From: Bacteriovoracia bacterium
GTDB taxonomy: Bacteria; Bdellovibrionota; UBA1018; CAIPTA01
Assembly (NCBI GenBank): GCA_050246755.1
Contig: JBFWVL010000001.1
Location: forward strand, 960,001-1,024,000
Direction of reading: 5' to 3'
DNA length: 64,000 nucleotides
Numbering within the stretch: position 1 is the first letter of the stretch; each line of letters starts with the position of its first letter. The notes under the pieces are model-generated. The model was not told the DNA's origin. It saw nothing but the letters and a program-made list of their open reading frames with translations, and searched no databases. Positions 26,366 through 40,096 of this stretch are shown here, piece after piece. A program made the position numbers and the translations under genes.

Positions 26366-29044
26366 ATGAAAATGGCTGATTTAGAACGGCTGCCGAATAC
26401 GCCCATGTGGGTCCAGTATGCGGGGGTAAAGAAAGATGCACTCGATGCGCTTCTATTTTACCGAATGGGCGACTTTTATGAGCTCTTCCTCGAAGATGCA
26501 GTGGAGGCCTCCGCTATCCTTGGCATTACCCTCACCTCCCGCAATAAAGGAGAGGATCCCCCCATTCAAATGTGTGGCTTCCCCTTTCATAGCGCCACGC
26601 CTTATATCAATCGCCTCCTAAAAGCGGGAAAACGCGTTGCCATCTGCGAGCAGATTGAGAATCCGGCAGCCGCAAAAGGCATCGTAAAACGCGAGATTGT
26701 CCGCGTGGTGAGCCCGGGAATGGCCTACGACAATGACTCCTTGGATGGGGAACAAAATAATTTTCTCCTCGTGCTTAAGCCTCTAGAAGAACCCAATACT
26801 GGCGTTTACTGCCAAGCTGACCTCAGCACGGGCTCCATCGAGTACGCTTACTATTCCAACTTAGATCAACTTCGGGATGACCTCGCCCTTATTCAGCCCA
26901 AAGAAATCATCGCCCCCTCTGGATTGGTCGACACCCATTCCTGGAATGCATTCGCTGATGCCGTGGGCCGCGAGTATTTTCTTTGCGTAACTCCAGTACC
27001 AGATTTCTACTTCGAAGGCCGTGGCGCCACGGAACACCTACGACGGCATTTCGACGTACTGAACTTAGAGGGCTTTGGCCTCGCAGGCGACGACCCTGCA
27101 GTCGCTGTAGTGGGAGCCACCTTCCGCGCCATCAAGGACACCCAAAAACAGGGCAACCTTTGTCACCTCCAGGCTCCCCGTCCAAAATCACGCATAGGCT
27201 TCGTGCAAATGGACGAAAGCACCATGGAGCACTTAGATCTCTTTCCTAAGCCGGGGCAAAATCCCGCCGACAGCGTATTTCACCACCTCAATCGCACCTG
27301 CACGGCGATCGGTGCCCGCAAGCTGCGGGAGATCCTAGCTCGTCCCCTCGCCACTCTAGAAGCCATCGTGGCCCGCCAAGAGGCGATTTCCGAGCTGAAG
27401 GAAAAATCTTCACTCCTGAGCCGTATTCGAACCGAGCTTAGCGGAATGCGGGATCTCGAACGGCTTATCGCCAAGGTAGGCTTACGCACCGCTGGCCCCA
27501 GAGACATACAGGCCTTTCAACAAATTCTCGCACGTTTGCCAAAGCTAAAATCTTCTCTCGAAGACCTAGCACGCTCTCCGCTCCTCGCCGCGACAAAAAG
27601 CCAGCTTGGTGACTTTCACGAGCTGAACGCCTACTTAGAGTTAAGGCTGCGAGAAGAGCTTCCCGCTGTATCTCGAGAAGGAAATATCTTTCGTGCGGGC
27701 TGGCACCCCGCCCTCGATGAACTAATCCAGCTTACCGAAGACGGAAAAACCCTCTTGGCCTCGATGGAAGAGCAAGAGCGCGAGAAAACTGGGATCAACT
27801 CGCTGAAGATCAAATACAACCGCGTTTTCGGTTACTTCATCGAGGTAACCACGTCTAATCTCGCGAATGTGCCGCCGCACTACATTCGTAAGCAAACCAC
27901 CGCCAATGGCGAGCGATACCTCACGGAAGAGCTTAAGAAGTTCGAAGAAAAGGCACTGAGTGCCCAAGAAAAAAGAATTTCCCTCGAAGAGGCTCTTTTT
28001 CAGGAAGTACTGGACCGCGTTGCCTCCGAAAGCCAGGCTCTGTTAAAAACTGCGCGAGAATTGGCGTTGCTCGATGCCTTAAATGCTCTCGCTACCTCGG
28101 CCCTCGAATACGGCTACGAAAAGCCTATTATGGCAGAAGACGCCTCGCTTGAAATCGAATCTGGCCGCCACCCTGCGCTCGAACATATTGTAGGCCGGGA
28201 AAAATTCATCGCTAACTCCGTCAGCTTTTCTAACAAGGAAAAAGTCTTCTTGATCACTGGGCCGAACATGGCCGGTAAATCCACCTATATGCGCCAGGTG
28301 GCGCTGATCACGTTACTTGCCCATACGGGTTCCTTCGTTCCCGCGAAAAAAGCGCATATTGGCCTCGTGGATCGCATTGCTACCAGGGTCGGTGCTTCCG
28401 ACCGTATCGGACGCGGGCAATCCACCTTCATGGTGGAAATGAACGAAATGGCCCGCATCTTGCGCCAGTCCACCGGCAAAAGCCTGCTGATCATCGATGA
28501 AATCGGTCGGGGCACTTCCACCTTCGATGGTCTTGCTCTAGCCTGGTCAATCCTCGAAGAGATTGCTGAGGGACTTAGCTGCCGCACGCTTTTCGCCACC
28601 CACTACCATGAGCTTACGGCGCTCGAGCAACGTTACTCGGCTGTCCGCAACCTCTGCGTGGCCGTGGAAGAACAAAACGGCCAAATTGTGTTTTTGCACG
28701 AAGTGAGACGCGGCAAAGCTCCCGGTTCGTATGGACTTGAGGTCGCCCGCTTGGCTGGACTCCCCGCACCCGTAATTGAGCGAGCAAAGATTATTCTTAC
28801 TGGCTTGGAAAAAACCTCGGGTAAATCACAGAAAGCTCAAAAAGAAGTGTTATCTCAAGATGTTCAGCTTACATTTTTTAGCTCCCAACAGGCCTCCGCC
28901 GTTCCCGCTGAGGTGCCGGCACACTTGAAAAAGTTGGAGTCTGCTCTTCACCAGCTTGATCTCGAAAAATGCACTCCTTTCGAGGCGCTTTTAAAACTAA
29001 AGCAGTTTAAAGACGGCTTGCCCGCCGCCGGCCCCGCATGCTAA
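26366..29044 (+). CDS. mutS: DNA mismatch repair protein MutS
   Basis: TPMWVQY, GDFYELF, TGPNMAGKSTYMRQ, STFMVEM, DEIGRGT. Confidence 0.97.
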   Translation: MKMADLERLPNTPMWVQYAGVKKDALDALLFYRMGDFYELFLEDAVEASAILGITLTSRNKGEDPPIQMCGFPFHSATPYINRLLKAGKRVAICEQIENPAAAKGIVKREIVRVVSPGMAYDNDSLDGEQNNFLLVLKPLEEPNTGVYCQADLSTGSIEYAYYSNLDQLRDDLALIQPKEIIAPSGLVDTHSWNAFADAVGREYFLCVTPVPDFYFEGRGATEHLRRHFDVLNLEGFGLAGDDPAVAVVGATFRAIKDTQKQGNLCHLQAPRPKSRIGFVQMDESTMEHLDLFPKPGQNPADSVFHHLNRTCTAIGARKLREILARPLATLEAIVARQEAISELKEKSSLLSRIRTELSGMRDLERLIAKVGLRTAGPRDIQAFQQILARLPKLKSSLEDLARSPLLAATKSQLGDFHELNAYLELRLREELPAVSREGNIFRAGWHPALDELIQLTEDGKTLLASMEEQEREKTGINSLKIKYNRVFGYFIEVTTSNLANVPPHYIRKQTTANGERYLTEELKKFEEKALSAQEKRISLEEALFQEVLDRVASESQALLKTARELALLDALNALATSALEYGYEKPIMAEDASLEIESGRHPALEHIVGREKFIANSVSFSNKEKVFLITGPNMAGKSTYMRQVALITLLAHTGSFVPAKKAHIGLVDRIATRVGASDRIGRGQSTFMVEMNEMARILRQSTGKSLLIIDEIGRGTSTFDGLALAWSILEEIAEGLSCRTLFATHYHELTALEQRYSAVRNLCVAVEEQNGQIVFLHEVRRGKAPGSYGLEVARLAGLPAPVIERAKIILTGLEKTSGKSQKAQKEVLSQDVQLTFFSSQQASAVPAEVPAHLKKLESALHQLDLEKCTPFEALLKLKQFKDGLPAAGPAC

Positions 29045-29120
29045 GAAACCAGCCATGCCGCCATTCGATGAAATAGCACTTTTCGTGATCTTCGCCGCGC
29101 TTACGCTTTCGACGATGGCA

Positions 29121-30464
29121 TTAAAATTCGCCCAGATACTGCCTTAAAGCCCGATAGTGCGCTACCGACTCGGAACGCGCGTCTACCCCCGCAAATCGAA
29201 ATAGAAATAAACTGGAAAGCCGCTTGAATTGACGGCGCCAATGCACGGCTACATACCATATTACGCAGGAAAATATCGCATAGGCCACATAAGCCCCAAA
29301 TGGGTGCGCACATTCCGAGTATACGAAAAAATGCTTCACCAGCCAGAATTGCAATCCGAATATCAGGCTAAGTAAAATGGGAGCGGCAATTAAACGGATG
29401 CTCATTTTTTCCGTTTCATCCACGGCAACGTAGTCCACCAAGGTATTCAGGCAAAATTCGGGGAAGCTATTATTTATTAGATCAAATACGGCTAAGGGGG
29501 CGCATACGAGCATAAAAAGCCCGCGCGCGCGCCGACGCCAAGCTCCGATTTCTTTCCAGCGCAGTCGATGGCCCCAAGCCGGCACAGGAATGCGGTTATC
29601 TTTGGTGGCCTCCTCAAAAGCCCGCAAGCGAGCCTTCAACCCGTTCCAAAAATCCGTGTCGCTTTCTTTTCTCAGGAAAAGTTGCGCCGCCTCAAAACGA
29701 GATTTGCATAAGCCAAGCGCTACTAGTTTCCGCCCCAAATCTTGGGTTCTTTCGTCGCGAAAGTGGGGAAAATTACGAATCAGTTCCTGGGTGAAATCCT
29801 CCATGAACTTCGCCACGGCGGCATCACGGTCTTCATTATGCAGTTCCCGGTAGTCGGAAAATAAAAGCGGCTTGCCGTAATGAATGGTTAATCCGGATGC
29901 CACCTTGGTACGGCTTCCATATTCTAAACCAACGGGAAGAGCCTGCAATCCAAGTGAAAAGTCATGAGCCTCTTCCGCCGCAAATCCAAGCTTAGCCACT
30001 CCCGCCTTGAGTGGCAGCACTAAACCCGGCGCCACGATACTTGTGCCCTCCGGAAAGATGGCTAAGGGCCATCCCTCTTTGATCGCCTGAATCGCCAATC
30101 GAAAAGTAGCGCGGTTCTGCTGGCTCCGTGCCTCTTTAGAAATATTTTTTGCATCCTCTACGCGCGTAAGCGGCAGACAGCCCGCGAACTCAAGAAAACC
30201 TTTAATGGGAAATTGAAAAAGAGTGCTCTTAGCTAGAAACTTTGCCGGCATGGGTCCCTCGAATCCCGGGGGCATCGTATCGCACAGAAAATTTGAATGG
30301 GAGCTGGCCCAAATAAAACGCCCCGTAAGGTTCGGCTTATTCCTGCGCTTGATTGGATAGTAGGGAATAATCGTAAAGACGAAAAAAAAGAGAGCACGGA
30401 TAGGCGGGTAGAAAAATTTTTGCGTCAGCGAAGCAGACGATGGAAGTTTAGTTTGAACGGGCAC
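29121..30464 (-). CDS. PlsC-like phospholipid/glycerol acyltransferase with C-terminal TM helices
   Basis: HSNFLCD, FLAKSTLF, IFPEGT. Confidence 0.8.
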   Translation of the reverse strand: MPVQTKLPSSASLTQKFFYPPIRALFFFVFTIIPYYPIKRRNKPNLTGRFIWASSHSNFLCDTMPPGFEGPMPAKFLAKSTLFQFPIKGFLEFAGCLPLTRVEDAKNISKEARSQQNRATFRLAIQAIKEGWPLAIFPEGTSIVAPGLVLPLKAGVAKLGFAAEEAHDFSLGLQALPVGLEYGSRTKVASGLTIHYGKPLLFSDYRELHNEDRDAAVAKFMEDFTQELIRNFPHFRDERTQDLGRKLVALGLCKSRFEAAQLFLRKESDTDFWNGLKARLRAFEEATKDNRIPVPAWGHRLRWKEIGAWRRRARGLFMLVCAPLAVFDLINNSFPEFCLNTLVDYVAVDETEKMSIRLIAAPILLSLIFGLQFWLVKHFFVYSECAHPFGAYVAYAIFSCVIWYVAVHWRRQFKRLSSLFLFRFAGVDARSESVAHYRALRQYLGEF

Positions 30465-32232
30465 GAATATCTTTGATCTTGAGCTCGAGACGGTTCAGGT
30501 TACGGAACGTATTGATCTGCGGATAACAAACGATATCTACCATTCCGTCCTCCGACTCTTTTATCCGGCCTTGGCCATTAGCCCAGAATCCCTCCAGGCT
30601 CTTATTTTGCGCCGTAGTAAACTGAATTTTCAAGTGCCGCTCTTTTAAAGTGCGCATTCCGGCCACTTTCCAGCCCGAAATAACAATAATTGGTTCGCTA
30701 TTGCCCATTCCGAAAGGAGAAAGACTTTCAAGGAAGGCAACCGACTGGTTCGAGAGATCTTCTTCGTCTTCCAGCTGAGCATCGGCCACCACTTCGCGAG
30801 TAAGAAGATTGGTAGGCCCTTCGGAAATAGCTTGCACTTGGGTGGCCACGGCAGCCACGAATGCCTCCCGAAACGCCGCCAGCTTACTACGCTCTACGGA
30901 CAAACCCGCGGCCGCTTTATGTCCCCCGAAACTCTTTAGATGAGCGCCAGCTTCTTCTAAGGCAGCCGTCATATCTAGCTTGCTGAATCCTCGCACCGAA
31001 CCCTTACCTAGGCCCGTTTGGGTACCGAACGTGATGATTGCCACTGGGCGGTGAAAGCGCTCTACGACCTTAGAAGCCACAATGCCGATCACGCCCTCAT
31101 GCCAGTCGTCGCCGCTAAGTACCAGCGCTGCGAGTTGATCGCCACCCACTGCCACCTGCTCTTCAGCTTGGGCTAACGCAGCCTCAGCAACCTCTCCCTG
31201 TACACGCATTCGCTCTTCGTTCACGCCCTGTAGCTTTTCCGCGAGTTTGGTAGCCTCCGCAGGATCATCGGTAGAAAGTAATTCGAGGGCCGCATTCGCG
31301 GAGCCTAGGCGGCCCGAAGCATTGATGCGTGGCCCGAGAATAAAACCTAAATGGTAGGTGCTTACTTCGTCTTGCTTCACTCCGGCCACGCGTAACATTT
31401 CGCGCAAGCCTACCGACGGAGACTTACGAAGCTTCTCCAAGCCGAATTTTACGATGATCCGGTTCTCATCTACCAAAGGAACCATATCGGCCACCGTGGC
31501 GAGAGCAGCAAGATCTAGAAGATCTCGAATGTCCGGCTCTTTTCCTCCAGGCCCATCGGGACCGAAATGCCCAATGTCCCTAAGAATGGAACGAGTGGCG
31601 ATCGCCAAATAAAATGCAACGCCCGCTCCCGAAAGCGAACGAATAGGCCCCTCATTATCGAGACGCTTGTGATCGAGTACCGCGTAGGCAGGAGGCAATA
31701 CTTCCTTGGGTTCGTGATGGTCACAGATGATCACTTCCATACCGAGTTCATTGGCGCGCTCTACTTCGGCAACACTCGTAATTCCGCAATCTACGGTTAG
31801 TAAGAGCTGGGCTCCCATTTCGGCAATGGCTTCGATTGCGGATTTATTTACTCCGTAACCTTCTTTCTGGCGGTCCGGCTGGTACACGATTGGATCATTA
31901 CCAAGCCCGCGCAAAAACCGGCGCATCAGTGCGGTTCCCACCGTTCCGTCCACGTCGTAGTCCCCATAAATGGCGATTTTTTGGCCTTCTACGATAGCTT
32001 CCGCCAAGCGTTCAGCCGCGCGGTCCATATCGGGTAATAAAAAAGGATCCGGAAGGTACTTGAGGCTTGGCTCTAGAAAACGCTTTACAGCATCCAGGCT
32101 CTGATCGCCCCAATGCCGCATGCGATGAAATAAAACTTTCGCGGTCCAGAGAGGAACTTTGAGGGAAACGGCTAGGTCTTCGGGACGCAACCCGCTCGTA
32201 AGCGCTTCCTCTTCCTTCACGCGCCAGCTCAC
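30448..32232 (-). CDS. recJ: Single-stranded-DNA exonuclease RecJ
   Basis: GDYDVDG, TVDCG, DHH, GPRINASGR, GGHKAAAG. Confidence 0.96.
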   Translation of the reverse strand: MSWRVKEEEALTSGLRPEDLAVSLKVPLWTAKVLFHRMRHWGDQSLDAVKRFLEPSLKYLPDPFLLPDMDRAAERLAEAIVEGQKIAIYGDYDVDGTVGTALMRRFLRGLGNDPIVYQPDRQKEGYGVNKSAIEAIAEMGAQLLLTVDCGITSVAEVERANELGMEVIICDHHEPKEVLPPAYAVLDHKRLDNEGPIRSLSGAGVAFYLAIATRSILRDIGHFGPDGPGGKEPDIRDLLDLAALATVADMVPLVDENRIIVKFGLEKLRKSPSVGLREMLRVAGVKQDEVSTYHLGFILGPRINASGRLGSANAALELLSTDDPAEATKLAEKLQGVNEERMRVQGEVAEAALAQAEEQVAVGGDQLAALVLSGDDWHEGVIGIVASKVVERFHRPVAIITFGTQTGLGKGSVRGFSKLDMTAALEEAGAHLKSFGGHKAAAGLSVERSKLAAFREAFVAAVATQVQAISEGPTNLLTREVVADAQLEDEEDLSNQSVAFLESLSPFGMGNSEPIIVISGWKVAGMRTLKERHLKIQFTTAQNKSLEGFWANGQGRIKESEDGMVDIVCYPQINTFRNLNRLELKIKDIRARSN

Positions 32233-32237
32233 GGAAC

Positions 32238-34743
<2,506 letters not shown>

Positions 34744-34831
34744 CTTACGACTCCCAGGTGATTGGATGCGTGTAGGAAAGAAGGGCAAAAACCTGCTTCC
34801 ACCCGTCATTACGCCTTGTTACGATGATTTT

Positions 34832-35923
34832 ATGGAAAAAGTAAGCCTGAACTTCGGCCCCCTGCTCCCCATCATCCAGGATGATTCCGTCTCGGAAATC
34901 ATGGTGAATCAGTTCGATAAAATCTATATCGAAAAGGGTGGCAAGCTCCAGCTCACTCCCATTAAGTTTCCCTCGGAAACCCTGCTCTTAGAGCTTATCC
35001 AGGGGATTGCTCGTTCCACGGGCCGAGAAATTTCCACCGAACGTCCAGCGATGGACAGCTATCTTCCCGATGGTTCCCGCATAAACGCCGTACTCCCGCC
35101 GATGGCGCCCAAGGGGGCTTCCCTTACCATCCGTAAATTCCGTAAAAGCCCGTTCAAAATGCAGGACTATATTAAGGCAGGAACGCTTACCGACAAGGCA
35201 GCCTACTTTCTGCATGCTTGCCTAATTTCCCGCATGAATTTGATTGTAAGTGGGGGCACTGGAACCGGAAAAACAACCTTCTTGAATGCCCTTTCCGGAT
35301 TAATCCCTGAAGGCGAGCGCGTTATTACAATTGAAGACGTAGCGGAGCTAAACTTACAGCATCCTAATTGGGTACGCCTGGAATCGGTGTATCAGCCTGG
35401 CAAAGGGTCGATAACCACGCGCGATTGCTTGATCAACGCCCTGCGCATGCGTCCCGACCGAATTGTGGTGGGAGAGTGCCGCCGCGATGAAACCTTCGAG
35501 ATGCTTCAGGCAATGAACACCGGCCACGACGGCTCCATGACAACCGTCCATGCCAATACTTCGCGCGATTGCCTCATCCGCATCGAAAGCCTAATTCTTA
35601 CCTCTAACGTGGAAATGCCGCTTCAGGCCCTCCGCCGTCAGATGGCTTCCGCCGTGCACGTAATCGTGCAGTTAAAGCGTCTAAAGAGCGGTCAGAGAGT
35701 GGTTCAGGAAATTGTGGAGGTTACGGGCCTGGAACAAAGCACGATTACGACCCACGCTTTATTTCATCGGGAAAAAAAGAAAGGGACGGCGGCCGGAGAA
35801 ACCGAGCAGCTTCTGGCTACGGGTCTAGTACCCCATTTTGCCGAACGCTTTCACGACAGCGGCGTTCAGTTCCCGCCTAACTTTTTCGATCCGGGAACGA
35901 CTATCACTTACCAGCCGGATTAA
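34832..35923 (+). CDS. CpaF/TadA-family pilus/secretion ATPase
   Basis: SEIMVN, LTIRKF, GGTGTGKTT, LRMRPDRIVVGE, MNTGHDG. Confidence 0.92.
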   Translation: MEKVSLNFGPLLPIIQDDSVSEIMVNQFDKIYIEKGGKLQLTPIKFPSETLLLELIQGIARSTGREISTERPAMDSYLPDGSRINAVLPPMAPKGASLTIRKFRKSPFKMQDYIKAGTLTDKAAYFLHACLISRMNLIVSGGTGTGKTTFLNALSGLIPEGERVITIEDVAELNLQHPNWVRLESVYQPGKGSITTRDCLINALRMRPDRIVVGECRRDETFEMLQAMNTGHDGSMTTVHANTSRDCLIRIESLILTSNVEMPLQALRRQMASAVHVIVQLKRLKSGQRVVQEIVEVTGLEQSTITTHALFHREKKKGTAAGETEQLLATGLVPHFAERFHDSGVQFPPNFFDPGTTITYQPD

Positions 35924-36674
35924 CCTTAACGCCCCCATAAGCGTTCAATAAGCGATGCACTTTATTCAGTAGCTCCCACTGAATCATGCCGAGATTATTT
36001 TCTTTAGCCCAATTGAAATGGAAGATCTCTTCCGTCTTATTTCTCTGGGGAATACCAAAATTCACGTTTTGCCTTGCCCATCGGGCGGCAATTGCGGCGT
36101 ACCAAGCGGCTAAGGTTTCTTTGTTTTCTTTTCGCTTGTCCGCCTCACTGATAACTCTCTCGCCTAATTCACGCTTCATCGTAAATAGAGAAGAACCCAT
36201 GTTTTGTTTTGCATAATTTTCCGAGGCTGCCTTTACCTTGGGGTCCTGTTCGCTAGATGCCGGCGAATCCATCATTGCCATCTCTAAAGCAAAAAAACGC
36301 AACGCCTTCACATCAGCGCGGCCTTGCTCGAGTCCAGTATACTCGGACGACAATACCATTCCGTGATAAACGCCCTCCACACTTCCGCGCTGAGAGAGAA
36401 CATTCGCCCAACCTTCAACTTCGCTTTTATCTTTAACGGGGCGGCCGAGCACCTGTTCAATCATCTCCGTGACCATCCAGCGATGAAATCCCATCTTTTC
36501 GGAAGGGCTCATCATGGCACCCGGCTCGGCAGCGACGTTCTTATTCTGAAGCACCGTCTTCGTTTTTGCGGGAAGGACTGAGTCTAGAAGCTCACATGAA
36601 GTGCAAAAAAAACAAACGGCAATGAGAAGAATCCCATTGCCGCCGCTATATCTCGTTCGAGATAAAATATTCAT
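35904..36674 (-). CDS. Hypothetical lipoprotein
   Basis: Hydrophobic stretch followed by CTSC lipobox-like motif; 256-aa ORF. Confidence 0.65.
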   Translation of the reverse strand: MNILSRTRYSGGNGILLIAVCFFCTSCELLDSVLPAKTKTVLQNKNVAAEPGAMMSPSEKMGFHRWMVTEMIEQVLGRPVKDKSEVEGWANVLSQRGSVEGVYHGMVLSSEYTGLEQGRADVKALRFFALEMAMMDSPASSEQDPKVKAASENYAKQNMGSSLFTMKRELGERVISEADKRKENKETLAAWYAAIAARWARQNVNFGIPQRNKTEEIFHFNWAKENNLGMIQWELLNKVHRLLNAYGGVKVNPAGK

Positions 36675-36685
36675 TTCAGGCTAGA

Positions 36686-37243
36686 TCAGGTACCACGGCT
36701 TCCGGAACCCTGAATGGCTCCAGACTTACCGGCTTTGCCAGTCGTTTTCTTAACGCCAGGCTTGCCTTTAGCTTCTTTGGCAGCCTTGGGGGCAGTGGCG
36801 CGGGCTTTCTTGGCAACCTTAGCAGCGGCCTTAGTATCAGCGCGGTCCTTCTTCAACTCGTCTTTCGACTTCGAAGGAGGAAGAACGTAGTCTACGAACT
36901 CAAGCACGGCCATGGAAGCAGCATCGCCCGCGCGGGTTTCAGCAAGCTTTAACACGCGAGTGTATCCACCCTTACGATCTTTAAACCGAGGGGCAACTTC
37001 ATCGAAAAGCTTCTTCACGTGAAAATCGCTGCGCAAAATAGAAAATGCGCGGCGGCGATCAGCCAAAGTGCCACTTTTGCCTTTGGTAACGAGACGCTCA
37101 ACCACGCGACGCAGCTCTTTAGCTTTCGGCAAAGTCGTTTCGATACGACCGTGTTCGATCAGACTATTGGACGCATTCGCGAACATAGCCAAACGGTGAG
37201 CCGTCTTCTTACCTAATTTACGATAACCAACACCATGATACAT
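36686..37243 (-). CDS. rplQ: 50S ribosomal protein L17 with Lys/Ala-rich C-terminal extension
   Basis: HGRIETTLPKAKELR, GGYTRV. Confidence 0.96.
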   Translation of the reverse strand: MYHGVGYRKLGKKTAHRLAMFANASNSLIEHGRIETTLPKAKELRRVVERLVTKGKSGTLADRRRAFSILRSDFHVKKLFDEVAPRFKDRKGGYTRVLKLAETRAGDAASMAVLEFVDYVLPPSKSKDELKKDRADTKAAAKVAKKARATAPKAAKEAKGKPGVKKTTGKAGKSGAIQGSGSRGT

Positions 37244-37299
37244 AACCTACTCCTCGTCGGCCTTACCTTCGCGGAAAAGCCACCCGCAAAATTCAAAAA

Positions 37300-38391
37300 C
37301 TATTCGAGATCTTCGCCGTCGTCCTCGTCGTCGAGATCTTCATCACCAAGATCACCCTCATTCTCAACGCGAGGCTGAGGAGTTCCGGTGGTGGTAATTG
37401 CCGGGGGCACAAAACCATCCAGCTTCATTCCAAGATGTAAACCCATGCTGGCAAGAATTTCTTTGATCTCGTTTAGAGACTTACGGCCAAAATTTTTCGT
37501 GCGAAGCATTTCTGCTTCGGTTTTCTGAACCAACTCGTAAATGTATTTGATATTGGCGTTCTGTAGGCAGTTTGCACTGCGAACAGAAAGTTCAAGCTCA
37601 TCCACGGTACGGTAGAGATTCGGGTTGAAGCTTTCTTGCTTAGCGGTTTGCTCTTCAGGAAGAGGCTCTTCTTCTTCTTGGAAGTTCAAGAAAACGGTCA
37701 TCTGATCGCGGATGATTTTCGAGCTAAGAGCCACAGCGTCTTCGGGGCGAACCGAGCCGTCGGTCCAAACTTCTAGCTGAAGCTTGTCGTAGTCGGTTCT
37801 TTGACCAACGCGCGCCTGAGTTACCGTGTAGTTAACCTTACGCACCGGCGAGAAGATCGAATCGATAGCGATCCAGCCAATGGGAAGATCTTCGTTTTTA
37901 TTATTCTCGGCCGGAACGAAACCGCGGCCAGTCTTAATGAGCAGCTCGGCTTTGAACTTCCCTTCTTTCCCGAGGGCACAAATTTTGTGGTTAGGGTTCA
38001 ATACTTCAACCAATCCACCAGTATTGATATCGCCGGCGCGAAGAATTCCTTCGCCATCTTTTTCAATCGTCACGGTGAACTGATTCGCCGAAGTAAGGGC
38101 TTTCAAGCGAATTTCTTTGATGTTCAGAATCGTTTCAGTAACGTCTTCTGCGATGTCGGCCATTGTCGAGAATTCGTGTTGAACGCCGTGAATACGAAGC
38201 GCTGCCACTGCTGTTCCCTGCAAGGAACCAAGTAGGACACGACGCAACGAATTTCCAAGAGTGGTGCCATAGCCACGCTCAAGGGGACGAGCAACAAACT
38301 TCGCATAAACTTGGGTGGAAGATCCGGCGTCTACCTCCAAAGCACGTGGCTTAATCAGGTCACGCCAATTTCTTTGCATATTCGGAATCAT
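37300..38391 (-). CDS. rpoA: RNA polymerase alpha subunit
   Basis: [36 protein letters not shown]. Confidence 0.98.
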   Translation of the reverse strand: MIPNMQRNWRDLIKPRALEVDAGSSTQVYAKFVARPLERGYGTTLGNSLRRVLLGSLQGTAVAALRIHGVQHEFSTMADIAEDVTETILNIKEIRLKALTSANQFTVTIEKDGEGILRAGDINTGGLVEVLNPNHKICALGKEGKFKAELLIKTGRGFVPAENNKNEDLPIGWIAIDSIFSPVRKVNYTVTQARVGQRTDYDKLQLEVWTDGSVRPEDAVALSSKIIRDQMTVFLNFQEEEEPLPEEQTAKQESFNPNLYRTVDELELSVRSANCLQNANIKYIYELVQKTEAEMLRTKNFGRKSLNEIKEILASMGLHLGMKLDGFVPPAITTTGTPQPRVENEGDLGDEDLDDEDDGEDLE

Positions 38392-38432
38392 TAAGAAGCT
38401 CCCTTCTAAAAAGCTCTAAAACGTAATCAAAA

Positions 38433-39059
38433 TTATTTGGAGTACAGCTCTACAACCATGCGCTCTTCTACTGGGATCGTAATATCGTCCCGAGCAGGCA
38501 GGTCTTTAATCGTGGCCTTAAACGCAGCCTTATCCACATCTAGCCATTGAGGAGACTCACGATTCTTCGCGGACTCCAAGGAGGCCATAATCGCCACAAT
38601 TTTTTGGCTCTTCTCGCCAACCGAAACCACATCGCCTTTTTTTACAATATAAGCGGGGATATCGAGGCGCTTTCCGTTCACATTCACGTGGCCATGGCGA
38701 ACCACGATACGAGATTGGGTACGGCTTCCCCCCAGCCCCATCCGGTAGGCAACGTTATCCAAACGACGCTCGAGAAGCGAAAGCAGGTTAGTACCAGTTA
38801 CACCTTTCATACGCTCGGCACGCTCAAAGTAAGCGCGGAACTGCTTCTCCATAAGACCGTAAAGGCGTTTCAGCTTTTGCTTTTCGCGCAGCTGCAAGGC
38901 GTATTCAGAAAACTTAATGCGGCCGTGGCCGTGCTGTCCTGGCGGATAGGCACGGCGCTCAAAAGCGCATTTTTCGGTTAAGCAGCGCTCAGCCTTGAGA
39001 AACAACTTTTGGTTCTCTCGGCGGCAAATTCTGCATACGGGTCCAGTATAACGAGCCAT
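38433..39059 (-). CDS. rpsD: 30S ribosomal protein S4 (Zn-binding type)
   Basis: CRICRRE...C...C, LERRLDN, VELYSK. Confidence 0.98.
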   Translation of the reverse strand: MARYTGPVCRICRRENQKLFLKAERCLTEKCAFERRAYPPGQHGHGRIKFSEYALQLREKQKLKRLYGLMEKQFRAYFERAERMKGVTGTNLLSLLERRLDNVAYRMGLGGSRTQSRIVVRHGHVNVNGKRLDIPAYIVKKGDVVSVGEKSQKIVAIMASLESAKNRESPQWLDVDKAAFKATIKDLPARDDITIPVEERMVVELYSK

Positions 39060-39077
39060 ACGATCCTCTCTAGAAAC

Positions 39078-39536
39078 TTAAACGCGGCGACGCTTCGGCG
39101 GGCGGCAACCATTGTGTGGAACTGGGGTAGTATCTTTAATCTGAGAAACGCGAATACCGGCGGACTGGATCGCGCGCAGCGCGGACTCACGTCCGGTGCC
39201 TGGTCCTTTTACTTCTACCGATACAGTGCGAAGACCATGCTCCATAGCCTTGCGAACCGCATCTTCTGCCGCAACCTGAGCCGCGAAAGGCGTATTCTTA
39301 CGGCTGCCGCGAAACCCCTTAGCTCCCGCACTGGACCAAGCGATCACGTTACCCGTGGCATCGGCTACGGAAACGATAGTGTTGTTAAAAGTTGCGGCAA
39401 TATAAACGATGCCATTAGCAATGTTTTTCTTGCCCTTCTTCTTGCGTACGACAGTTGCGGCTTCGCCGGCCGCAGGAGCAGCTGCGGGATCCACCGCGGC
39501 GGCAACTTCTTCGGGCTTTGCTGTTTGTTCGGCCAT
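39078..39536 (-). CDS. rpsK: 30S ribosomal protein S11
   Basis: [27 protein letters not shown]. Confidence 0.98.
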   Translation of the reverse strand: MAEQTAKPEEVAAAVDPAAAPAAGEAATVVRKKKGKKNIANGIVYIAATFNNTIVSVADATGNVIAWSSAGAKGFRGSRKNTPFAAQVAAEDAVRKAMEHGLRTVSVEVKGPGTGRESALRAIQSAGIRVSQIKDTTPVPHNGCRPPKRRRV

Positions 39537-39576
39537 TTTCTAATTCCCTTCTACAAATCTAAAAAATATAAATTGT

Positions 39577-39960
39577 TTACTTCATCGCCTTAACCGACTT
39601 TTTGCCGGCAATCGCCACCGCTTTACCTTTGCGGGTTCTAGCGTTCGAATGAGTGCGTTGCCCACGAACCGGAAGGCCGCGGCGATGACGAAGGCCGCGA
39701 TAGCACCCGAGGTCTACAAGGCGCTTAATGTTCATCGTGGTTTCGCGACGAAGGTCACCCTCTACCTTATAAGCCCGCTCGAGAATCTCTCTGATCTTCG
39801 AAACGTCACCTTCGGTCAAATCGTCAGAGCTTCTGTCGAAAGGGATTTTCGCTTCGGTAAGAATTTTCTTTGCGCGCGAGCGGCCGATACCAAAAATGGC
39901 AGTTAAAGCGATTTCAATTTTTTTGCTTCTCGGAAGGTCTGTTCCTGCGATACGAGCCAT
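39577..39960 (-). CDS. rpsM: 30S ribosomal protein S13
   Basis: [15 protein letters not shown]. Confidence 0.98.
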   Translation of the reverse strand: MARIAGTDLPRSKKIEIALTAIFGIGRSRAKKILTEAKIPFDRSSDDLTEGDVSKIREILERAYKVEGDLRRETTMNIKRLVDLGCYRGLRHRRGLPVRGQRTHSNARTRKGKAVAIAGKKSVKAMK

Positions 39961-39979
39961 GTTCCTAAATCTCCCTTAT

Positions 39980-40096
39980 TTAACCTTGACGTTGCTTGTG
40001 GCGGGGGTCGGCCTTGCAAATTACTCGCACGACGCCTTTTCTACGAACCACTTCGCATTTTACACAAATCTTTTTTACTGAAGCCCTGACTTTCAT
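39980..40096 (-). CDS. rpmJ: 50S ribosomal protein L36 (not in ORF track)
   Basis: Manual translation [38 protein letters not shown]; GGAG SD. Confidence 0.96.
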   Translation of the reverse strand: MKVRASVKKICVKCEVVRRKGVVRVICKADPRHKQRQG

